A stretch of 64,000 nucleotides of DNA from the human T2T-CHM13v2.0 reference genome, Homo sapiens. The position numbers and the translations under genes are program-made. Under the pieces are notes generated by a model. That model was given only the letters and a program-made list of their open reading frames with translations. It ran no database searches and was not told the DNA's origin. This document shows positions 1 to 10,010 of the stretch, piece by piece. Positions within the stretch are counted from its first letter, which is position 1. Each line of letters starts with the position of its first letter. Where the stretch lies: NCBI RefSeq assembly GCF_009914755.1, contig NC_060935.1; one strand, 5' to 3'.

Positions 1-98
1 TCATTTATGAATGGAGCATAATACTTTATACCCATAAGACAAAGTATTTTAAATAATATAGAAACTTCTAGCACTTTATACAAGACATTTCAACAAGG

Positions 99-103
<5 letters not shown>

Positions 104-142
<39 letters not shown>

Positions 143-143
143 A
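104..143. repeat. (CA)n microsatellite
   Basis: Long run of CA dinucleotides visible directly. Confidence 0.95.
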
Positions 144-1734
144 TGCACAAAGATAAGATTCTGTGTAAGTACCTTGTTTCCGATTAATTTTTCTGGCTCA
201 GTATTTAAGAAATTGTGTTAGTCCATTTTCACATTGCTATAAAGAACTACCTGATATGGTTTAGGTTTGTGTTCCCACCCAAATCTCATCTCAAATTGTA
301 ATCCCAACATGTCGAGGGAGGTACATAGTGGGAGGTGATTGGATCATCAGGGTGCTTTCTCCCATGCTGTTCTCATGGTAGTGAGGCAGTTCTCACCAGA
401 TCTGATGATTTTAAAAGTGGCAGTTTCCCCTGCATTCTCACTCTTTTCTGCTACCATGTAAAATGTGCCTTGCTTCCTCTTCACTTTCCACCATGATTGT
501 AAGTTTCCTGAGGCCTGCCAAGCCACGTGAAACTGTGAGTCAATTAAATTTCTTTTCTTTATAAATTAGTCTCAGGGCAGTGTCTGTACAGCAGTGTCAG
601 AATGGACTAATGCAGACAATTGGTACCAGGAATGCAGCACTACTATAAAGATAACCTGGAGATGTGGAACTTGGTAACACACAGAGATTGGAACAGTTTG
701 GAGGGCTCAGAAGAAGACAGGAAGATGTGGGAAAGTTTGTAACTTCCTACAGACTTGTTTAATGGTTTTGAACAAAATGTTGATAGTGATATGGAAGTTC
801 AGGCTGAGGTGGTCTCAGACAGAGATAAGAAACTTATTGGGAACTGGAGCATAGGTCACTCTTGCTATGCTTTAGCAAAGAGATTGGCAGCATTTTGCCT
901 CTGCCTTAGAGATCTTTGGAAATTTGAACTTGAGAGAGCTGATTTAGGGTATCTGGCAGAAGAAATTTCTAAGCAGCAAAGCATTCAAGATGTGTCCTGC
1001 TTTTTCCTGAAAACATACAGTTATATGAGCTTACAAAGAGATGGATTGAAAGTGGAACTTATTTTTAAAGGGCAAGCAGAGCATAACAGTTTGGAAAATA
1101 TTCAGCCTAACTATGTGGTAGAAAAGAAAAACCCATTTCCTGAGAGAGGAATTAAAGCCAGATGCATACATTTGCATAAATAATGAAAAGCCAAATGTTA
1201 ATCAACCAGACAATGGGGAAAATGGCTCCAAGGCATTTCAGAGATCTTCAAGGCATCTTCTCATATCACAGGCCCAGAGGCCTAGAGGAGAAAAATTGTT
1301 TTGTGGGCCAGGCCCAGAGCTCAGCTGCTTTGTGTAGTCTCAGGACTGGGTGTCCTGCATCCCAGCAGCTCCAGCTCTAGCCATGGCTAAAAGGGGCAAC
1401 ATACAGCTCACGTTGATGCTTCAGAGGGTGCAAATCCTAAGCCTTGGCAACTTCCATGTAGTGTTGGGCCTGCAGGTGCACAGAAGGTAAGAGTTGAGCT
1501 TTGGGAGCCTCCACCTAAATTTCAGAGGATGTATATAAATGCCTAAATAAGCAGGCAGAAGTCTACTGCAGAGGCAAAGGCCTCATGGAAAACCTTTGCT
1601 AAGGTAATGCAGAGGGAAATGTAGGGTTCCAGCCCTGACAGAGGGCCCCCATAGTGAGAGGTGAAGCCAGCTGGCCTTCTGAGGCAGGTGGGGACTTCGA
1701 GAACTTTTCTGTCTAGCAAAAGGATTGTAAATGC

Positions 1735-1938
1735 ACCAATCATCTCTCTGTGTTTAGCTAAAGGATTGTAAATGCACCAATCAGCACTCTGTAAAATGGA
1801 CCAATCAGCACTCTGTAAAATGGACAAATCAGCACTCTGCAAAATGGACCAATCAGCACTCTGTAAAATGGACAAATCAGCACTCTGCAAAATGGACCAA
1901 TCAGCAGGATGTGGGTGGGGCCAAATAACAGAATAAAA
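1735..1938 (+). promoter_or_regulatory. LTR12 U3 CCAAT-box (NF-Y) repeat array with AATAAA TATA-like box
   Basis: ~24-nt repeats containing CCAAT/CAAAT-CAGC, then GGGTGGGG and GAATAAAAG (1931-1939); established ERV9 promoter layout. Activity not shown. Confidence 0.65.
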
Positions 1939-2017
1939 GCTGGCCACCTGAGCCAGCAGCAGCAACCTGCTTGGGTCCCTTTCCATGCTGTGGAAGCTTT
2001 GTTCTTTCGCTCTCCAC

Positions 2018-2023
2018 AATAAA
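2018..2023 (+). terminator. LTR R-region poly(A) signal (equivalent site at ~7590 in the 3' LTR)
   Basis: CAATAAATCTTGCTGCTGCTCACTCTTTGG, the typical ERV9 R/U5 context. Confidence 0.6.
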
Positions 2024-2217
2024 TCTTGCTGCTGCTCACTCTTTGGGTCTGCACTACCTTTATGAGCTATAACACTCACTGAGAGGGTCTGCAGCTTCAT
2101 TCCTGAAGTCAGTGAGACCACGAACCCACTGGAAGGAAGAAACTCCAGACATATCTGAAAATCGGAAGGAACAAACTCCAGACACACCATCTTTAAGAGC
2201 TGTAACACTCACCGTGA

Positions 2218-2419
<202 letters not shown>

Positions 2420-2566
2420 CTCCAGACACATATTAACATCTGAAGGAACAAACTCCAGACACACCATCTTTAAGAGCTGTAACACTCACCACAAGCGTGC
2501 GTGGCTTCATTCTTGAAGTCAGCGAGACCAAGAACCCACCAGAAGGAATAAATTCTGGACACATTT

Positions 2567-2584
2567 TGGCAACCACGAAGGGAC
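2567..2584 (+). other. Primer binding site complementary to tRNA-Arg 3' end
   Basis: TGGCAACCACGAAGGGAC, 18 nt, 3 nt after the LTR; reverse complement GTCCCTTCGTGGTTGCCA; ERV9 uses tRNA-Arg. Confidence 0.85.
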
Positions 2585-3441
2585 TATCACCTATTGCCAA
2601 GTGGTGAGTACCATTGGATCCCTTTCACTTGCTATTCTGTCTTATTTTTCCTTAGAATTCGGGGCTATATACCGGGCCCCTGTCAGCCAGTTAAAAGTGA
2701 CTAGCATGGCTGCCGCACTAGACACAGGTGTCAGGTTTTCTGGGAAAGGGCTCTCTAACAACCCCTGACTCTTTGCATTTGGGAGTGTTGGTTTGCCTGG
2801 AACCAGGTTTTTCCTGTACTTCTGGGCTGAGCCGAGGGTCGACAGAGAGGAAAGCCATGCAGCTCCAGGGTCCTGACAACAAGTTGGTTCACCCTGCGGC
2901 CATGAGTGGAACTCTCAAAGTCATGTCGCCCAAGTGAGACTTGCCCATCTATCCTATCTATCCTGACCCTTGCCTCCTGGGTCCTAATGCTTGTCAGACA
3001 ATCTTCCTCTCATTTCTCTTCTCCGAGAGTGCTTCCAAAAACCACTCCTTGTCTCTGGTGCTTTTCTAGTTACTCCTATAAGAATGATTTCTAGTGTAAA
3101 CTTCAGGACTCTGCTCCCTTCTTTAGGCACCCGGGCTCACCAATCAGAAAGACATAATTTTTGCCTAAAGCCCCATCAGCAGGGGGACTATCTTATCTGG
3201 AATTTTAGGATCCCTCCTCAGACTAGCAGGCCTAACAAAAGCTATTCCTGAAGCTAGGATATGGGGAGCCTCAGGAATGTTATCCTTCCTACTTAAGAGA
3301 GGACAAAAGGCATCACTCTTCCAACCCTGGAGATCGCTTCTCTCACTCAGGGTATGGCCCTCTACTTAATTTTTGGGGCATAACATCTTTATAGGATGGG
3401 GTAAAGTCCCAATACTAACAGGAGAATGCTTAGGACTCTAA

Positions 3442-3760
3442 CAGGTTTTCGAGAATGCATCGGTAAAGGCCACTAAATCCAATTTTTCTCGGTCCTTTTT
3501 GTGGTCTAGGAGGACAGGCAAGTGTGCAGGTTTTTGAGAATGCATCAGTAAGGGCCACTAAATCTGACCTTCCTTGGTCCTCCTTGTAGTCTAGGAGGAA
3601 AACTACTGTTTCTGCTGCTGCTTCAATGAGCGCAACTATTCTGATCAGCAGGGTCCAGGGACCACTGCAGGTTCTTGGGGAAGAGGTGTTTCTGCTGCTG
3701 TGTCAGTGAGTGCAACTATTCTGATCAGCAGGGTCTATGGACCATTGTGGGTTCTTGGGC
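3442..3760 (+). repeat. ERV leader tandem repeats (two ~85-nt copies, then two ~80-nt copies)
   Basis: CAGGTTTT..GAGAATGCATC..CCACTAAATC occurs twice; TGTTTCTGCTGCTG..GCAACTATTCTGATCAGCAGGGTC occurs twice. Confidence 0.75.
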
Positions 3761-3812
3761 GGGGAGTGGGGGAAACAAACAAACCAAAACCCCAGGTGGT
3801 TTTGTCTTTCAG

Positions 3813-5269
3813 ATGGGAAACACTCAGACACCAACAGGCTCACCCTTGAAATGCATCCTAAGCCATTGGGACCAATTTGACCCGCAAACCCTGAAAAAGG
3901 GGCGGCTCCTTTTTTTCTGCACTTACGGCCCCAATATTCTGTCTCTGATGGGGAAAAATGGCCACCTGAGGGAAGTATAAATTACAATACTATCCTGCAG
4001 TTTGACCTTTTCTGTAAGAGGGAAGGCAAATGGAGTGAAATCCCTTATGTCCAAGGTTTCTTTTCATTGAAGGAGAATACACAACTATGCAAAGCTTGCA
4101 ATTTACATCCCACAGGAGGACCTCTCAGCTTACCTCCATATCCTAGCCTCCCTATAGCTTCCCTTCCTATTAATGATAAGCCTACTCTAATCTCCCCCAC
4201 CCAGAAGGAAACAAGCAAAGAAATCTCCAAAGGACCATAAAAACCCCCGGGCTATCGGTTATGTTCCCTTCAACCTATAGGGGGAGGGGAATTTGGCTCA
4301 ACCCAGGTACATGTCCCCTTCTCCCTCTCTGATTCAAAGCAGATCAAGGCAGACCTGGGGAAGCTTTCAGATGATCCTGATAGGTGTATAGATATCCTAC
4401 AGGGTCTAGGGCAAACCTTCTATCTCACTTGGAGAGATGTCATGCTATTGTTAGATCAAACCCTGGCCTTTAATGAAAAGAATGTGGCTTTAGTTGCAGC
4501 CTGAAAGTTTGGAGACACCTGGTATCTTAGTCAAGTAAATGATAGAATGACAGCTGAAGAAGGGGACAAATTCCCTACTGGTCAGCAAGCCGTCCCCATT
4601 ATGGATCCCCACTGGGACCTCAATTCAGATCATGGGGACTGGAGTCGCAAACATCTGTTGACCTGTGTTCTAGAAGAACTAAGGAGAATTAGGAAAAAGA
4701 CCATGAATTATTCAATGTTGTCCACCATGACTCAGGGAAAGGAAGATAATCCTTCTGCCTTCCTCGAGCAGTTATGGGAGGCCTTAAGAAAATATACTCC
4801 CTTGTCACCCGACTCACTTGAGGGTCAGTTGATCCAAAAAGACAAGTTTGTTACCCAATCAGCCACAGATATTGGGAGAAACTTCCAAAAGTGAGCCCTG
4901 GGCCCTGAACAAAATCTGGAGGCATTATTAAACCTGGAAACGTTAGTGTTTTGTAATAGGGACCAAGAGCAACAGGCCCAAATGGAAAAGTGAGATCAGA
5001 GAAAGGCTGCAGCCTTAGTCCTGGCCCTCAGACAAACAAACCTTGGTGGTTCAGAGAGGACAGAAAATGGAGCAGGCCAATCACCCAGTAGGGCTTGTTA
5101 TCAGTGTGGTTTACAAGGACACTTTAAAAAAGATTGTCCAAGAAGAAACAAGCTGCCCCCTCACCCATGTCCACTATGCTGAGGCAATCACTGGAAGGTG
5201 CACTGCCCCAGAGGGCAAAGGTTGTCTGGGCCAGAAGCACCCAACCAGATGATCCAACAACAGGACTGA
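3813..5269 (+). pseudogene. gag: ERV9 gag, disrupted by stops and frameshifts
   Basis: MGNTQTPTGSPLKCILSHWDQFDPQTLKK (MA), DPHWDLNSDHGDW and QGKEDNPSAFLEQL (CA), CYQCGLQGHFKKDC zinc knuckle, ends QQQD-TGA. Confidence 0.9.
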
Positions 5270-5494
5270 GGGTGCCTGGGGCAAGGACCCTCATCATCCT
5301 CATTGAGCCCCAGGTACATTTAACCATTGAGGGCCAGGAAATTGATTTCCTCCTGGACACTGGCATGGCTTTCTCAGTGTCAATCTCCTGTCCCAGAGAG
5401 CTGTCCTCAAGGTCTGTTACGATCTGAGGAATCCTGGGACAGCCTGTAACCAGGTATTTCTACCACCGCCTCAGTTGTAATTGGGAGACTTTGC
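5270..5494 (+). pseudogene. pro: ERV9 protease remnant, truncated
   Basis: IEPQVHLTIEGQEIDFLLDTGMAFSV with the aspartic protease DTG motif. Confidence 0.88.
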
Positions 5495-5669
5495 TACAGA
5501 TAGTAAGTATGCTTATCTAATCCTACATGCCCATGCTGCAATATAGAAAGAAAGGGAGTTCTTAACCTCTGAGGAACCCCTATTAAATGTCTTGAGGAAA
5601 CCATGGAGTTATTGCATGCAGTGCAAAAACCCAAGGAGGTGGCAGTCTTACACTGCTGAAGCCATCAAA
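5495..5669 (+). pseudogene. pol: ERV9-type RNase H C-terminal remnant after a large pol deletion
   Basis: TDSKYAYLILHAHAAI*KEREFLT...ELLHAVQKPKEVAVLHC directly abuts the protease. Confidence 0.8.
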
Positions 5670-5886
5670 AGGGGAAGGAGAGGGGAGAAGAGCAGCATAA
5701 GCAGCTGGCAGAGGCGGCAGAAAGGAAAGAGAGAGACAGAAAGTCAGAGAAAGGGAGAGAGAGGAAGAAACAGAAAGACAAAGAGGAGACAGAGAGAGGA
5801 AGACACAGACAAAGAAGGAGTCAGAAAGAGCGACAAAGAAGAAGTCAAAGAGAAAGAAAGAGAGATGGAAGGAGTAAAGAAAAAAC
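5670..5886. repeat. GA-rich low-complexity tract within the provirus
   Basis: Purine-rich GAGA/GAAA run. Confidence 0.85.
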
Positions 5887-6480
5887 AGTGTACCCTATTC
5901 CTTTAAAAGCCAGGGTAAATTTAAAACCTGTAATTGATAATTGAAGGTCTTCTCTGTGACCCTGTAACACTCCAATACCACCTGTTGTCAGTGTAAACAA
6001 GGGCATAGCCTGAAAGCACTGAGGCCACTGACAACCCGTAGCCTTCCTATCAAAAATCCTTAACCCAGCCGGTTTCCTAACAGGGGATCTAAATCTTAAT
6101 TACCATACAAAGATCTGACCAGACCTAGGAGGAACTCCCTTCAGGACAGGACGATAGATGGTTCCTCCTGGCAATTAAGGAAAAAAGACACAATGGGTAT
6201 TGAGTAGGTGATAAGGAAACTCTTGTAGAAGCAGAGTTAGGAAAATTGCCTGATAATAGGTCTGCTCAAACTTGCAAGCTGTTTGCACTCAGCCAAACCT
6301 TAAAGTACTTACAGAATAAGGAAGGAGCCATCTATACCAATTCTAAGTTAATATGAACTGAGCAAGGTCTTATTAATAGCAAAGAATAATTAAAATCCCA
6401 AACGTACAAGGTTTTCAATGAAAGTAAAGTTTGCTAAAAGTTAACAGTATAACATGAATTATTCTAACTTCTAATCTTGA
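5887..6480 (+). pseudogene. pol: Second, heavily deleted pol remnant of a different class I ERV lineage (HERV-I/HERVIP10-like)
   Basis: Collinear snippets YPIPLKARVNLKPVID, PCNTPI, VNKGIA, QPVAFLSKILNP, PAGFLTGD, YHTKI*PDLGGTPFRTG, DGSS, KRHNGY, SAQTCKLFALSQTLKYLQ, IYTNSK. Confidence 0.7.
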
Positions 6481-6519
6481 GGAAATCAGACCCTATCAGT
6501 AGCCCTCAAAGCTTAAGTC

Positions 6520-7210
6520 CATCAGCACAGAGCCGTATAACTAATACCCCTACTTATAGGGTTAGGAATGGCTACTGCTACAGGAACTGGAATAGCCAGT
6601 TTATCTACTTCATTATCCTACTACCACACACTCTCAAAGGATTTATCAGACTGTTTGCAAGAAATAACAAAATCTATCCTTACACTACAATCCCAAATAG
6701 ACTCTTTGGCAGCAGTGACTGTCCAAAACTGCCAAGGCCTAAACCTCCCCACTGCTGAGAAAGGAGGACTCTGCACCTTCTTAGGGGAAGAGTGTTGTTT
6801 TTACACTAACCAGTCAGGGATAGTATGAGATGCTGCCCAGCATTTACAGGAAAAGGCTTCTGAAATCAGACGCCTTTCAAACTCTTATACCAATCTCTGG
6901 AGTTTGGCAACATGGCTTCTACCCTTTCTAGGTCCTGTGGCAGCCATCTTGCTATTACTCACCTTTGGGCCCTGTATTTTTAACCTCCTTGTCAAATTTC
7001 TTTCCTCTAGGATCAAGGCCAGTAAGCTACAGATGGTCTTACAAATGGAACCTCAAATGAGCTTAACTAACAACTTCTACTGAGGACCCCTGGACTGACC
7101 CACTGGCCCTTTCACTGGCCTAAAGAGTTCCCCTCTGGAGGACACTACAACTGCAGGGCCCCTTCATCATCCCTATCCAGCAGGAAGTAGCTAGAGTGGT
7201 CATCACCCAA
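6520..7210 (+). pseudogene. env: env transmembrane-subunit remnant (SU deleted)
   Basis: Fusion peptide LIPLLIGLGMATATGTGIA, degenerate ISD VQNCQGLNLPTAEKGGL, CX6CC (CTFLGEECC); stop at 6826-6828. Confidence 0.9.
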
Positions 7211-7239
7211 TTCCCAACAGCAGTTGGGGTGTCCTGTTT

Positions 7240-7249
7240 AGAGGGGGGA
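7240..7249 (+). other. Polypurine tract
   Basis: AGAGGGGGGA immediately before the 3' LTR. Confidence 0.85.
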
Positions 7250-7250
7250 T

Positions 7251-8136
7251 TGAAAGGTGAAGCCAGCTGGGCTTCTATGTCGGGTGGAGACTTGGAGAAC
7301 TTTTCTGTCTAGCTAAAGGATTGTAAATGCATCAATCATTGCTCTGTGTCTAGCTAAAGGATTGTAAATGCACCAATCAGCACTATGTAAAAACGCACCA
7401 ATCAGCACTATGTAAAATGGACCAATCAGCACTCTTAAAATGGACCAATCAGCAATCTTTAAAATGGACCAACCAGTAGGATGTGGGTGGAGCCAAATAA
7501 GGGAATAAAGGCTGGCCACCCAAGCCAGCAGCGGCAACCCACTCGGGTCCCCTTCCATGCTGTGGAAGCTTTGTTCCTTCGCTCTTCACAATAAATCTTG
7601 CTGCTGCTCACTCTTTGGGTCCGCACTACCTTTATGAGCTGTAACACTCATCGCAAGGGTCTGCGGCTTCATTCCTGAAGTCAGCGAGACCACAAACCCA
7701 CTGGAAGGAAGAAACTCCAGACACATCTGAACATCAGAAGGAACAAACTCCGGACACACCATCTTTAAGAGCTGTAACACTCACTGCGAGGGTCCGCGGC
7801 TTCATTCTTGAAGTCAGCGAGACCAAGAACCAATGTTTATACAAAAGATAGAGCTTCTAAATGTAAAATTTCAGCCCTGGATCTTCTTATTAAGCATTAC
7901 AGACATCTTTAGTTTTTTTCCAGAGATTTTGTTTTGCTTGTATTTGTCGAAGTCACTCAACAGTATTGAATTTCATTAATGCAGAGAAGAAACTCCAGAT
8001 GCATCTTAACATCTGACAGAACAAACTCTGTACACACCATCTTTAAGAACTGTAACACTCACCACAAGCGTCTGTGGCTTCATTCTTGAAGTCAGCAAGA
8101 CCAAGAATCCACCAGAAGGAATAAATTCCAGACACA
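7251..8136 (+). mobile_element. 3' LTR (LTR12F-like) of the ERV9 provirus
   Basis: Direct repeat of 1655-2563, including the U5 insert. Confidence 0.92.
7829..7992 (+). pseudogene. PRKDC: Second copy of the PRKDC scrambled-exon fragment, in 3' LTR U5
   Basis: TNVYTKDRASKCKISALDLLIK, then CATTACAGACATCTTTAGTT...CCAGAGATTT...AAGTCACTCAACAGTATTGAA, then TTTCATTAATGCAGAGAAGAAA; junction at 7894/7895. Confidence 0.9.
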
Positions 8137-9721
8137 CTAGGGCACTGCCTAGTGAAGCTGTGAGAAGAGCTTCTCCAGACCCCAGAAAGGTAGATCCACT
8201 GACAGCACCATGCACCTGGAGAAGCTGCATGCACTCAATGCCAACCTCTGAAAGCAGCTGGGAGGGGGGCTGTACCCTGCAAAGCCATAGGAATGGAGTT
8301 GCCCAAGGCCATGTGAGCCCACCTCTTGCATCAGCGTGACCTAGATGTGAGACATGGAGTTAAAGATCATTTTGGAGCTTTAAGATTTAATCTCAAAATT
8401 TAACGCTGGTTTCAGACTTGTGTGGGGAATGTGGCCCCTTTGTTTTGGCCAATTTCTCCCATTTGGGATGGGAACATTTACCCAATGCCTGTATCCCCAT
8501 TGTATCTTCAAAGTAACTCACTTGCTCAGGCTCACAGGCAGAAGGAACTTGCTTTGTCTCAGATGAGACTATGGACTTTGACTTTTGGGTTGATGCTGGA
8601 ATGAGTTAAGTTTTGGGGGACTGTTGAGAAGGCATGATTGGTTTTGAAATGTGAAAAGAACGTGAGATTTGGGAGGCGCCAGGGCAGAATGATACGGTTT
8701 GGCTTTGTGTCCCAACCACATCTTATATCAAGTTTTAATCCCCACGTGTTGAGGGAGGGACATGGTGGGAGGTGATTGGATCATGGAGGCTTTTCCTCCC
8801 ATGCTGTTCTCATGATAGTGAGAAAGTTCTCATGAGATCTGATGGTTTTAAAAGTGGCAGTTTCCTTTACACTCTCCCTCTCTCCTGCCACCATGTACAT
8901 AAGACAAGCCTTGATTCCCATTGACATTCTGCCATGACTGTAAGTTTCCTGAGGCCTACCCAGCCACACAGAACTGTAAGTCAATTAAACCTCTTCTTTA
9001 TAAATTACCCAGTCTCCGGGAGTATCTTTATAGCAGTGTGAGAACAAACTAATACACTACCTGAGACTGGGTAATTTATGAAGAAAAGAGGTTTAAACCA
9101 TCAGATCTCATAAAAACTCACTGTCATGAGAACAGCATGTGGGAAACCTACCTTCATGATCCAACAACTTCCCACTAGGTCCCTCCCCTGACATGTGGGG
9201 ATTACAATTCAACATGAGATTTGGGTGGGGGCATAGAGCAAAACCATATTAGAAATCTTGCCTAATATTTTAATCATTACACACATCTAACACTTTGCCT
9301 CTGGTTTCTGAGGCACACAGTCAGTATAAGGTATACTTCTTTGAAACTCAGGTGTAATTAAAATTTTCTACTATCAATAATAAAGTATAATTCTATCTTT
9401 TCACTTTACTGATTAAAATTGAGACTTAAAAGTGAATTTAAAATCACTATTAAACTTCTTTCATAAAGTAAAAGAAAATTTAGAATTATATTGAAATTAT
9501 AACATCTTTACCAACAATTAACTGGTGTGATATTTAGCTAAATATACAAGTTCAAACAGAACATGAATAGAGTAAAATTAACTCAAAAATATGAATAAAA
9601 AGGAAGAATATGCAAATCTTGTGATGATATAATTTATTATTAAAATAATGTTAGATGAATTTAGCAAGTACAATTTATTCAAACTTGTGAAAAAGTTAGT
9701 GAGGTTAACAGTAAATCTTTA

Positions 9722-10010
9722 GACCAGGCATGGTGGCACACACCTGTAATCCCAGCACTTAGGGAGGCTGAGGCAGGTGGATTGCTTGTGCTTAAGAGTT
9801 TGAGACCAGCCTGGGCAATATGGTGAAACCCCATCTCTACTAAAAATACAAAAATTAGCCTTGCATGGTGGCACACATCTATAGTCCCAGCTACTTGGGA
9901 GGCTCAGGTGGGAGGATTGCTTGAAACTGGGAGGTCAAGGCTACGGTGAGCTGAGACTGCACCACTGCACTCCAGCCTGGGTGAAATAACAAAACTCTGT
10001 CTCAAAAAAA
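9722..10010 (+). mobile_element. Alu (AluJ-like)
   Basis: Dimeric Alu with GGATTGCTTG and CTGGGCAA diagnostics, short A tail. Confidence 0.9.

Noticed and set aside
755-1380. 142-aa and 65-aa ORFs
   Set aside because: They lie in the THE1 internal region; decayed MaLR coding remnant, not a host gene.
1770-1905. CRISPR-like regular repeats
   Set aside because: Head-to-tail repeats without unique spacers, in a eukaryotic LTR U3.
1543-2208. 221-aa minus-strand ORF with ADWSILQS repeats (and its 7313-7780 counterparts)
   Set aside because: Antisense translation of the 24-nt LTR12 CCAAT repeats; not kept intact in the other LTR.
6568-6828. Syncytin-like domesticated env
   Set aside because: No signal peptide or SU, degenerate ISD and furin site, stop before the membrane anchor.
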